From Myxococcota bacterium (GTDB lineage Bacteria > Myxococcota_A > Polyangia > Polyangiales > Sandaracinaceae), in the NCBI GenBank assembly GCA_036149055.1, contig JAYZQJ010000147.1:1-41427 (forward strand): a stretch of DNA of 41,427 nucleotides. Reading direction: 5' to 3'. The notes beneath the pieces are model-generated. The model saw nothing but the letters and a program-made list of their open reading frames with translations. It was not told the origin of the DNA and made no database searches. How positions within the stretch are numbered: the first letter of the stretch is position 1; the number at the start of each line of letters is the position of its first letter. The translations under genes were made by a program, and so were the position numbers. Of this stretch, positions 9,389 to 17,349 are shown one piece after another.

Positions 9389-10858
9389 ATGCGCCGCAAC
9401 CCGATGACGGCCGACACGGAAGAGGCGCCCTCGCTCAAGAAGCGCGCGGTGACCGGCACGCTCCTGAGCGTTGCCAACGTCGCGGGCATGCAGATCATCC
9501 GGCTCGCCGGCAACCTGATCACCACCCGCCTGCTGTTCCCGGAGGCCTACGGTCTCATGGCGATGGTCCTGGTGCTCAACCAGGGCCTCCAGATGATCAG
9601 CGACGTCGGCATCCTGCCGTCGATCATCCAGCACGAGCGCGGCGACGAGCGCCGCTTCCTCGACACCGCCTGGACGCTCTCGGTGATCCGCGGCGCGGTC
9701 CTGTCGCTGCTCGCGCTCTCGATCGCCTGGCCGTACGCCGAGTTCTACGGGGAGCCGCAGCTCTTCCCGCTGGTGATCCTCGCGAGCACGCAGGGCTTCA
9801 TCAGCGGCCTCGACTCCACCAAGCTCGCGACGCTGAACCGCCGGATCGAGGTCGGCCGGCTCGTGCTGGTCAACATCGGCGGCCAGGTCGTGGTGCTGAT
9901 CGTGATGGTCGCCTGGGCGTATCTGAGCCCGAGCGTCTGGGCGCTCGCGGTCGGCGCGGTCTCCGGCGACCTGGCCCGCATGATCCTCAGCCACGTCGCG
10001 CTGCCGGGGAAGAACAACCGCTTCGCCTGGGATCCCGAGGCGGCCAAGGCGGTCTTCGACTTCGGCAAGTGGATCTTCCTGTCGACCCTGGTGACCTACC
10101 TCGGGCTGCGCTTCGACATCATGGCCCTCGGCAAGCTCGAGGAGATGGACGTCATCGGCATCTACAACATCGGCCAGAGCCTCGCGGGCCTGCCGGTGCT
10201 GGTGACGGGCCAGATCGTGATCTGGGTGCTCTTACCCGCGCTCAGCGAGTCCTTCCGCGACGACCAGGACCGCTTCGGCGAGAACGTGCGCCGCGCGCGC
10301 CGGGTGCTCAACGCCGCCGGCGTCCTCATGGTCACCGCCACCGCGATCGGCGCCCCCGCGTTCTTCTACCTGCTCTACGACCCCCGCTGGCACGACGCCG
10401 GCTGGATGGTCCAGCTGCTGATGGTGCCGACCTGGTTCTACTTCATGCAGGAGACCTCCATCCGCGTGCAGCTCGCGATGGGCGACTCCCGGCATCAGAT
10501 GCTCTCCAACGTGGCCAAGCTCGTCGGCACCGTGCCCGGCGCGCTCCTCGGCTTCTGGATCGCCGACGTGCCCGGCCTGATCATCGGCCTCTCGCTCGGC
10601 TCCTTCATGGGCTACGGCACCGTCTGCTGGGGCCTCAAGCAGAAGGGCATCCCGATCTTCGTGTCGGACCTCAAGTGGACGGTCCTCGGCCTCGTGATCG
10701 GCCTCATCGGCGGCGTCACCCCCTGGATCGTCGGCCCCCTGCTCGAAGTCGATCCCCAGCTCGCCAGCCTCGCCATCGGCCCCCTCGTGCTCCTCCCCTA
10801 CGCCATCTACGCCGGCCGCCTCACGCTCGGCGCCATCCGCTCTCGCCCCCGCTCCTGA
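9389..10858 (+). CDS. wzx: Oligosaccharide flippase (Wzx, PST family)
   Basis: Motifs RLLFPEAYGLMA, SDVGILPSIIQ, TAWTLSVIRG, FDFGKWIFLS and IGIYNIG, with about 12 TM segments. An alternative start lies at 9404. Confidence 0.88.
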   Translation: MRRNPMTADTEEAPSLKKRAVTGTLLSVANVAGMQIIRLAGNLITTRLLFPEAYGLMAMVLVLNQGLQMISDVGILPSIIQHERGDERRFLDTAWTLSVIRGAVLSLLALSIAWPYAEFYGEPQLFPLVILASTQGFISGLDSTKLATLNRRIEVGRLVLVNIGGQVVVLIVMVAWAYLSPSVWALAVGAVSGDLARMILSHVALPGKNNRFAWDPEAAKAVFDFGKWIFLSTLVTYLGLRFDIMALGKLEEMDVIGIYNIGQSLAGLPVLVTGQIVIWVLLPALSESFRDDQDRFGENVRRARRVLNAAGVLMVTATAIGAPAFFYLLYDPRWHDAGWMVQLLMVPTWFYFMQETSIRVQLAMGDSRHQMLSNVAKLVGTVPGALLGFWIADVPGLIIGLSLGSFMGYGTVCWGLKQKGIPIFVSDLKWTVLGLVIGLIGGVTPWIVGPLLEVDPQLASLAIGPLVLLPYAIYAGRLTLGAIRSRPRS

Positions 10859-10898
10859 CTCTGCAGGTCGGGCGGTGCTCGGCGGCGAGGCGAAAGAT

Positions 10899-11047
10899 GG
10901 GAGAGGGGAGGTGGGAGGCGAGGAGGAATACGGGCGGCTGGGTGCCACGCCGTCGGTGCAGTCGCCGCCGCGTCGGCTGATGCGGGCCGTGGGCCATGTC
11001 GACCTGCTGGTCGACATCCTCTCCTCGCCTCCCGTCTCCCCTCTCCC
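10899..11047. repeat. Long inverted repeat with inner hairpin between convergent genes (REP-like or terminator)
   Basis: The 27-nt arms 10899-10925 and 11021-11047 pair at 25/27 positions, and both mismatches are G-U on the + strand RNA. There is an inner perfect 9-bp hairpin ATGTCGACC-TGCT-GGTCGACAT (10996-11017). Confidence 0.75.
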
Positions 11048-11092
11048 TGGGTGCTGGGAGGCAGACGAGGTCCGAACCCAGAGGGAGGGAGG

Positions 11093-11920
11093 TCAGCGGC
11101 CGAGGGCGGCGCGCACGCGGTCGCGGACGGAGCGGACGCGGCGCCTCGCTTCGCGGACGCCGTGGCGGGCGCGCTCGGCGGGCATGAGCACGTACTTCTT
11201 GAAGCGCTCCTCGGGGCGGGCGCGGAAGATGGTGCTGTGGTTCTTGCCGCTGTATCCGGCGGGCGCCTCGCGCGTGTAGTAGTAGGTCGCGAAGGACTGG
11301 CGCACGACGTCGGGGGGGCAGGTGACCGGCTCGACCCCGTGGTAGCTGGTCTCGCTCGTCTCGAAGATGACGCAGCGGTTCATCACCGGCTCGAAGGCGT
11401 GGTGGCGGACCTTCACCTTCTCGTCCCAGAGCTCGACCGCGCCGCCCCAGCGACGCTCCCAGGCAGGGTTGAGGTAGAGGAGGAGGTTGAGGCGCCGGTG
11501 GATCTTCTTCTCCGGGAGGAAGTTGAAGTCCACGTGCACGTCGAGGCGGCCGCGGGGCCCGGTGATGTGGATGCCGCCGCCGGCGAGGGTCGCGTCGGCG
11601 AGCAGCTTCGGCACGCCGGTGATGCGCTCGAGCGCCTCGAGGAACTCCGGCGAGGCCAGCATCGCGTTCAGCTGCGCGACCGGCTCCGGGAAGCGCTCGG
11701 CGTCCGTGATCTGGATCTTCCGGTACTCGTTCACCGCCTCGAACTGGCGGCCGAGGGCGTTGGCCTCGTCGAAGGACGGGTAGCTGGCGGCGACCGCGCG
11801 GGCGAAGTCTTCGTCCAGGAAGCCGTCGATCTTCACGTGCGGGAAGGGCTTCGCGGTCTGGAATTCCCGGGCGAGCCGGTCCACGTCCAGGGATTGCATC
11901 ATGGCGATGGTGCCTACCAT
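11093..11920 (-). CDS. 2OG-Fe(II) oxygenase (prolyl-4-hydroxylase-like)
   Basis: PFPHVKIDGFL, HxD facial-triad motif GRLDVHVDFN, RRLNLLLYLN, distal His in SYHGV and the co-substrate-binding RxS (RQS). The exact start is uncertain (11920, 11902 or 11899). Confidence 0.88.
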   Translation of the reverse strand: MVGTIAMMQSLDVDRLAREFQTAKPFPHVKIDGFLDEDFARAVAASYPSFDEANALGRQFEAVNEYRKIQITDAERFPEPVAQLNAMLASPEFLEALERITGVPKLLADATLAGGGIHITGPRGRLDVHVDFNFLPEKKIHRRLNLLLYLNPAWERRWGGAVELWDEKVKVRHHAFEPVMNRCVIFETSETSYHGVEPVTCPPDVVRQSFATYYYTREAPAGYSGKNHSTIFRARPEERFKKYVLMPAERARHGVREARRRVRSVRDRVRAALGR

Positions 11921-12023
11921 GAAGTGAGGCTACGGGCCCGTCGACGCCGTCTTCCCTGCATTGCGGAGTCGGCACCGATCAGGTACGAGCGCCGTGGCCA
12001 AATGGCACACCGAAGGAGGCGCC

Positions 12024-13172
12024 GTGGCGATCCAGATCGTTCCGCACACCGAGGAGAAGAAGCCGCTCGTGGAGGCGTTCAACGCCAAGATGCACGGCGG
12101 GGGCTCGCCCTACGGCTTCTACGTGGAGCCCACGCCGCGCTGGATCCCGAAGCGCGAGGGTCAGAAGGTCTGGCGTGAGCTCTACCTCGCGGTGAAGCAG
12201 GGCAAGGACGGCGACGAGGAGGTCGTCGGCGGCTACGCGCTCAAGCCCCAGGTCTGGCTCGTGAACGGCGAGGAGCACGTCGTCGCGGACTGGCAGGGGC
12301 CCTTCAGCCTCGGCGCGATCGACAACAAATACGCGGCGATGGGCCTGCGCATGGTGCGCGACATGCTCAAGAAGCAGCCGCTCATCTACAGCTGGGGCCA
12401 CGGCGGCGAGGACGAGCCGATCGTGCAGATGCTCCGGAAAATGGGGTGGCTCCTGCACGAGACGCCCTTCCTGTTCCGCATCTGCAAGCCCAAGAACTTC
12501 CTGACCAAGAACGCCTACCTCCGCGACGACGAGAAGAAGGCGCTCGCCCAGGACTTCCTGGCCTACTCGGGCCTCGGCTTCCTCGGCCTGCACACGCTGC
12601 ACGCCGCGCTCCGGGTCCGCTCGCTCAAGCTGCGCTTCGAGGCCCAGGCCGAGGTGGTGCCGCAGCTCGGCCCGTGGGCCGACGATCTCTGGGAGCGGGT
12701 GCGCGGGGAGTACGCGGCGATCGCGGTGCGCGACGCCGACACCATGAACGCCCTCGCGTCCCCCGAGCACGACCACGACGAGTGGCCCGAGCCGATCCGC
12801 CTGCGGATCCGCAAGGACGGGCGCGACATCGGCTGGGCCATCGTGCTCGAGCGGCAGCAGAAGGGGAACGCCCGCTTCGGCGACATGCGCATGGGGATGG
12901 TGGCAGATTACCTCGCCCACCCCGACGACGCGGCCGAGGTGGTGCACGCTGCGTTTGCTCACCTGCGTGACCTCGGGGTCGACATGGTCATGGCGAACCA
13001 GTCGCACCCGAAGTGGGTCGCCGGGTTCGAGGACGCGGGCTTCCTCAAGGTCGACAAGCGGCGCATCTTCTGTGCGTCGCCCGACCTCGAGAAGGTGCTG
13101 AAACCATGGACGGAGACGCGGGAGGGGCTCTTCTTGACCAACATGGACGGCCACGGCCCGATGGGCATCTGA
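12024..13172 (+). CDS. Conserved-looking protein with a probable tandem GNAT-fold acyl/aminoacyl transferase
   Basis: GTG start after a strong GAAGGAGG SD and coding-like codon usage. Segments resembling GNAT motifs: 'AIDNKYAAMGLRMVRDML..KMGW' and 'GMVADYLA..AFAHLRDLGVDMV..GFEDAGFL'. The family call is tentative. Confidence 0.6.
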   Translation: MAIQIVPHTEEKKPLVEAFNAKMHGGGSPYGFYVEPTPRWIPKREGQKVWRELYLAVKQGKDGDEEVVGGYALKPQVWLVNGEEHVVADWQGPFSLGAIDNKYAAMGLRMVRDMLKKQPLIYSWGHGGEDEPIVQMLRKMGWLLHETPFLFRICKPKNFLTKNAYLRDDEKKALAQDFLAYSGLGFLGLHTLHAALRVRSLKLRFEAQAEVVPQLGPWADDLWERVRGEYAAIAVRDADTMNALASPEHDHDEWPEPIRLRIRKDGRDIGWAIVLERQQKGNARFGDMRMGMVADYLAHPDDAAEVVHAAFAHLRDLGVDMVMANQSHPKWVAGFEDAGFLKVDKRRIFCASPDLEKVLKPWTETREGLFLTNMDGHGPMGI

Positions 13173-13333
13173 GCGGGCCGCGGATCGTCCGAAGGGGTCC
13201 TGGATCACGGAGGGGAGCTGAACCCAGGGTTGCAAGCGTGGAACGTTGCGAGGCGACGATTCCCGTTTAGATTCAACCCCCCGGGGACGCAGCCGCGTGA
13301 CCGGACGTAGGAAGGACCCAGGGAGTCGATACG

Positions 13334-14212
13334 ATGGAGACCGCATCCGAGCTGGCCGTGCGCCTCACCAAGCTGTCGCGCGAGCAATTCTGGAACGTCT
13401 ACACGGAGTTCGACTGGCCGGAGGAGCTGTCGGCCGACCGCTACTGCATGAAGCCGGAGCTGATCTCGATCTACGGGACCGAGCTCTGGGAGCAGCTGGA
13501 CGAGACGCAGCGCAAGCGCCTCAGCCTCTACGAGATCGGGAACTTCTTCAGCCTGACCCTGCAGGGCGAGCGCCCGCTCGTCGCCGGGCTGAGCGACCGT
13601 CTCTACTCGAAGAAGGTGACGGAGGAGGCCACCGAGTACCTCCACCACTTCATCGACGAAGAGAACAAGCACATGATCATGTTCGGGATCTTCCTCCAGA
13701 AGTATCTGGGGAAGGTGTACCCGGAGAAGAAGATCGCGCTCGACCGCGAGTACGCGAAGGGCGAAGAGGAGCTCGCCTTCTTCTGCAAGGTCATGGTCGT
13801 CGAAGAGCTGGGCGACTACTACAACGTCAAGATGATGCTCGATGACGAGATCGAGCCGATCGTCAAGCAGGTGAACTGGGTCCATCACCGCGACGAGTCG
13901 CGGCACCTCGGCTTCGGCCGCCGTCACCTCACGGAGCTCGCCGAGCACTGGCTGCCGCAGTGGGACGATGCGACCAAGGAGCGCTTCAGCGCCTGGCTGA
14001 CCGCCTACACGAAGTCGAGCTGGAGCGACTTCTACAACCCCAAGATGTACGACGACGCGGGCCTGCGCGACGTCACCGGCATGTCCGGCTACCAGATCCG
14101 CAAGATGGCCCTCGCGCACCCGGCCACCGCCGAGCACCGCGCCAAGGCGAGCAAGAAGCTGCTCAACATCTTCGTCCGCCTCGGGCTGCTGCAGGACCGT
14201 CCGGAGATGTGA
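13334..14212 (+). CDS. AurF/CmlI-family ferritin-like diiron oxygenase
   Basis: Diiron ligand pattern LQGE...DEENKH...VEE...HHRDESRH, including the extra His upstream of DExxH that is typical of AurF-type N-oxygenases. N-terminal 'EFDWP..MKPELISIYGTELWEQLDETQR'. Confidence 0.85.
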   Translation: METASELAVRLTKLSREQFWNVYTEFDWPEELSADRYCMKPELISIYGTELWEQLDETQRKRLSLYEIGNFFSLTLQGERPLVAGLSDRLYSKKVTEEATEYLHHFIDEENKHMIMFGIFLQKYLGKVYPEKKIALDREYAKGEEELAFFCKVMVVEELGDYYNVKMMLDDEIEPIVKQVNWVHHRDESRHLGFGRRHLTELAEHWLPQWDDATKERFSAWLTAYTKSSWSDFYNPKMYDDAGLRDVTGMSGYQIRKMALAHPATAEHRAKASKKLLNIFVRLGLLQDRPEM

Positions 14213-14259
14213 ACACGGCGCTTGGAACGTGTGCCCCCGCTCCTAGCTCAGGGAGGACG

Positions 14260-14457
14260 ATGATGACCGAGGAGAACGCACACGTTCGGAAGCTTCAGGA
14301 GCGCGAGGAGAAGCGTCGCCAAGACGCGCCCTCCCGCGACGGCGAGCAAGGCTCCGACTGGTCCGGACAGCCGGCCGAGGACGCGGAGCGCCGGCGTGGG
14401 ACGGGGCGTGGGCTCGACGAGCCCGAGAAGGACGCGCCGCCCGACGCCCTGGACTGA
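14260..14457 (+). CDS. Small hydrophilic, probably disordered protein (65 aa)
   Basis: GGGAGG SD before the ATG. Highly charged sequence MMTEENAHVRKLQEREEKRRQD...PPDALD with GC-rich third codon positions. Confidence 0.55.
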   Translation: MMTEENAHVRKLQEREEKRRQDAPSRDGEQGSDWSGQPAEDAERRRGTGRGLDEPEKDAPPDALD

Positions 14458-14471
14458 GCGGATCGAGCGCG

Positions 14472-14496
14472 TGCGTCTTCCTCATCGGGAGGCGCA
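14472..14496 (+). terminator. Stem-loop after the small ORF (terminator- or attenuator-like)
   Basis: TGCGTCTTCC-TCATC-GGGAGGCGCA forms a 10-bp stem with two G-U pairs. No U tract follows. Confidence 0.35.
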
Positions 14497-14631
14497 GATG
14501 GACGTTGGTAGCTGGCAGACGACCCTCGTGTCTCGCGCGGGCGCGCGATCGGACGGAGGGGCCGACTGATGGAGCAGACCCGTGGCTTGCCCGTCCGGGA
14601 AAATGGTGCACCCTCGCGCATCCGAGGCGAC

Positions 14632-14886
14632 ATGGACGAGCAGAACATTCGAAGGCAGCTCCGTGACTGGGTTCTCGAGCACGCGAAGGCGCCGCCTCCT
14701 GGCGGAGAGCTGACCGACGCGACGCCGCTCCTCGAGACCGGCCTGATCTCTTCGCTCGACATCGTCGAGCTCGTGCTCTTCCTCGAGGAGCTGCGGGAGG
14801 AGGAGATCGATCCGGACGAGATCGAGCCCGAGGTCTTCACCAGCGTCGACACGCTCTGGGGAGCGTTCTTCGCCAACGCCGCGTAG
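14632..14886 (+). CDS. Stand-alone acyl/aminoacyl carrier protein (DltC-like)
   Basis: 84 aa and acidic. The motif TPLLETGLISSLDIVELVLFLEE contains the Ppant Ser. Directly upstream of an adenylation enzyme. An in-frame ATG at 14569 is an alternative start. Confidence 0.88.
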   Translation: MDEQNIRRQLRDWVLEHAKAPPPGGELTDATPLLETGLISSLDIVELVLFLEELREEEIDPDEIEPEVFTSVDTLWGAFFANAA

Positions 14887-14908
14887 AGTCCGGGCAGGGA
14901 GGGAGCGC

Positions 14909-16495
14909 ATGGCGCGCACGTTGAGGGACGGATTCTTGGCGTCGGCCGAGCGCTTCGCCGACCGCGAGGCGCTCACCGTCGGCGAGGACCGGCTGACCTA
15001 TCGCGAGCTGCTGACGCTCGCCCGCCGGGTGGCCGCGACGCTGGACGCGCACGCGCCGCCCCAGGAGGGCAAGCTCACCGCCGTCTTCGGCCACCGCCAC
15101 CCGAGCACCTTCGGGGGCATCCTCGGCGCGCTCCTGCGCGGCCACGGCTACGTGCCGCTCAACCCGGCGTTCCCGATCGACCGCACCCGCGCGATGCTCC
15201 AGCGATCGCGCTGCGGGTGCGTCGTCGTCGATCCGACGGCGATCGATCAGATCGACGAGCTGCTCGAGGGCGCCGAGCGAGATCTCGTGGTGCTCGTCCC
15301 CGACGCCGATGACGTCTCGGCCCACGCGGCGAAGCACGAGCGGCACACCTTCCTCGGCGCGTCCGACCTCGCCCCGGCGGAGCGCTGCGAGCTCGGCGAG
15401 GCGAGCCCGGACGAGGTCGCCTACCTCCTCTTCACCAGCGGGAGCACCGGCCGCCCGAAGGGCGTGATGGTCGCGCATCGCAACGTGACCGCCTTCGTCG
15501 ACTATATGGTCGAGCGCTACGCGATCTCCGAGGAGGATCGCTTCAGCAACACCTTCGACCTGACCTTCGACCTCAGCGTCTTCGACATGTTCTGCGCGTG
15601 GGAGCGGGGCGCGTGCCTCTGCGTGCCCACCGCCGCCCAGAAGATGTTCCCCGGCAAGTACGTCAAGAAGGAGGCGCTGACCGTGTGGTTCAGCGTGCCC
15701 TCGACCGGCGTGCTGATGAGCCGCCTCAAGATGCTCAAGCCGGGCAGCTACGAGAGCCTGCGCTGGGCGCTCTTCTGCGGCGAGGCGCTGCCGGCCGAGA
15801 TCATCGAGCGCTTCGCCGAGGCGGCGCCGAACGCGGTCTGCGAGAACCTCTACGGGCCGACCGAGCTGACCATCGCCTGCACCTACTACCGGTGGGACGC
15901 GGCGCGGTCGCCGGCCGAGTGCCACCTGGGCGTGGTCCCGATCGGCGAGCCGTACCCCGGCATGGAGATCCGGGTGGCCGATGAGGACCTGAACGAGGTC
16001 CCGCGCGGCGAGCCGGGCGAGCTGCTGATGACCGGGCCGCAGATGACGCCCGGCTACTGGGAGGACCCCGAGAAGACGGCGAAGGCCTTCGTGGTCCCGC
16101 CGGGCGAGACGCGCACCTTCTACCGGACGGGCGACCGCGTGCGCTGGCCCGAGGGCGCGCCCGTCGTCTATCTCGGCCGGGTCGACAACCAGATCAAGAT
16201 CCAGGGCTACCGGGTGGAGCTCGGGGAGATCGAGGCGGTGCTGCGCGACGTCAGCGGCGCCGAGGTCGGCATCGCGGTCGGCTGGCCGCAGACCGCGAGC
16301 GGCGCCGACGGGGTGGTCGGCTTCGTCAACGCGGCGGGCGGTGACGCGGCCGCGATCCTCGCCGCCGCGCGGGAGCGTCTCCCCGGCTACATGCAGCCGT
16401 CGGCGGTGCACCTCGTGGACACCTTCCCCCTCAACGCCAACGGCAAGGTCGATCGCAAGGCGCTGATCGAGCGCCTGAAAGGAGCCGAGGTCTGA
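14909..16495 (+). CDS. Stand-alone amino-acid adenylation enzyme (DltA-like amino acid--carrier protein ligase)
   Basis: Core motifs LTYREL, YLLFTSGSTGRPKG, FDLSVFD, FCGEAL, NLYGPTE, YRTGD, GRVDNQIKIQGYRVELGEIE and PLNANGKVDR. No C or PCP domain. Confidence 0.93.
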   Translation: MARTLRDGFLASAERFADREALTVGEDRLTYRELLTLARRVAATLDAHAPPQEGKLTAVFGHRHPSTFGGILGALLRGHGYVPLNPAFPIDRTRAMLQRSRCGCVVVDPTAIDQIDELLEGAERDLVVLVPDADDVSAHAAKHERHTFLGASDLAPAERCELGEASPDEVAYLLFTSGSTGRPKGVMVAHRNVTAFVDYMVERYAISEEDRFSNTFDLTFDLSVFDMFCAWERGACLCVPTAAQKMFPGKYVKKEALTVWFSVPSTGVLMSRLKMLKPGSYESLRWALFCGEALPAEIIERFAEAAPNAVCENLYGPTELTIACTYYRWDAARSPAECHLGVVPIGEPYPGMEIRVADEDLNEVPRGEPGELLMTGPQMTPGYWEDPEKTAKAFVVPPGETRTFYRTGDRVRWPEGAPVVYLGRVDNQIKIQGYRVELGEIEAVLRDVSGAEVGIAVGWPQTASGADGVVGFVNAAGGDAAAILAAARERLPGYMQPSAVHLVDTFPLNANGKVDRKALIERLKGAEV

Positions 16496-17349
16496 TGTCG
16501 CGCTTCCGCTGGGTCGTGAAGAAGGCGGCGCGCCAGGGCATGGCGCTCGGCAGCTGGGCGAGCGGCTCGCTGACCGCGCGCTCGGTGCTGCAGCGGCGTC
16601 CGCGGGTGCGCGCGCTCACCTATCACCGGATCGGCTACGAGTCCCAGGAGGCGTTCTGCGTGACGCCGGAGGACTTCGAGGCGCAGATCGGCTCGCTCGC
16701 CGAGCGCGGCGTGGCCGTGACCCTCGACCAGGTCGAGGCGTTCGTGGCCGGCCGTGAGGCGCTGCCCGACGGCGCCTGTCTGGTCACCATCGACGACGGC
16801 TGCGTCAGCACGATGACCGAGGCGCTGCCCATCCTGAAGCGCCACGGGGTCACCGCGGTGGCGTACGTGACCGCCAGCCTCGTCGGCTCCGACATCCGCG
16901 AGCTGCCCGAGCGCTACCTCGACTGGGACGAGCTCCGCGAGGTCGCGGACACCGGCGTGATCGAGATCGGCAGCCACGCTTACACCCACCGCTCGCTCGG
17001 CCTGATGCCGGCGGACGAGGCGCGGGACGAGGCGCAGCGCAGCAAGGACCTGCTCGAGGAGCACCTCCAGCGGGAGGTCCGCACCTTCGCGTACCCGTTC
17101 GGGACCCGCACCGACTTCGGCCCCGTCACCGAGCGGGCGCTCGCGGACGCGGGCTATCGCATCGCCTTCAACTCCATGCACGGCACGATCAAGTCCGGGA
17201 TGGACCCGATCAGCCTCCCGCGCGTCAAAGTCGAAGGCGGCGAGGGCCTCTGGATGTTTCGATTGCTGAGTCGGGGGGCTATGGATCCCTGGAGAGCGGT
17301 GGATCAGACGTTGTGGAGACTTCAGCGCGAGCGTACCGAGATCTCCTGA
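16495..17349 (+). CDS. Polysaccharide deacetylase (NodB/CE4, IcaB/PgaB-like)
   Basis: Motifs LTYHRI, VTIDDG, IGSHAYTH, FAYPFG and LPRV. TGATG-coupled to the adenylation gene. Confidence 0.9.
   Translation: MSRFRWVVKKAARQGMALGSWASGSLTARSVLQRRPRVRALTYHRIGYESQEAFCVTPEDFEAQIGSLAERGVAVTLDQVEAFVAGREALPDGACLVTIDDGCVSTMTEALPILKRHGVTAVAYVTASLVGSDIRELPERYLDWDELREVADTGVIEIGSHAYTHRSLGLMPADEARDEAQRSKDLLEEHLQREVRTFAYPFGTRTDFGPVTERALADAGYRIAFNSMHGTIKSGMDPISLPRVKVEGGEGLWMFRLLSRGAMDPWRAVDQTLWRLQRERTEIS

Noticed and set aside
13239..13249. Sigma-54-like -24 boxes (TGGAACG at ~13239 and ~14223; TGGCACG on the minus strand at ~39528-39534)
   Set aside because: None has a TTGC -12 element at the required spacing.
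14632..16495. Calling the ACP/ligase pair a canonical dltA/dltC teichoic-acid operon
   Set aside because: No DltB MBOAT or DltD in the window, and Wza plus the other gene content indicate a diderm host. Gene symbols were withheld.
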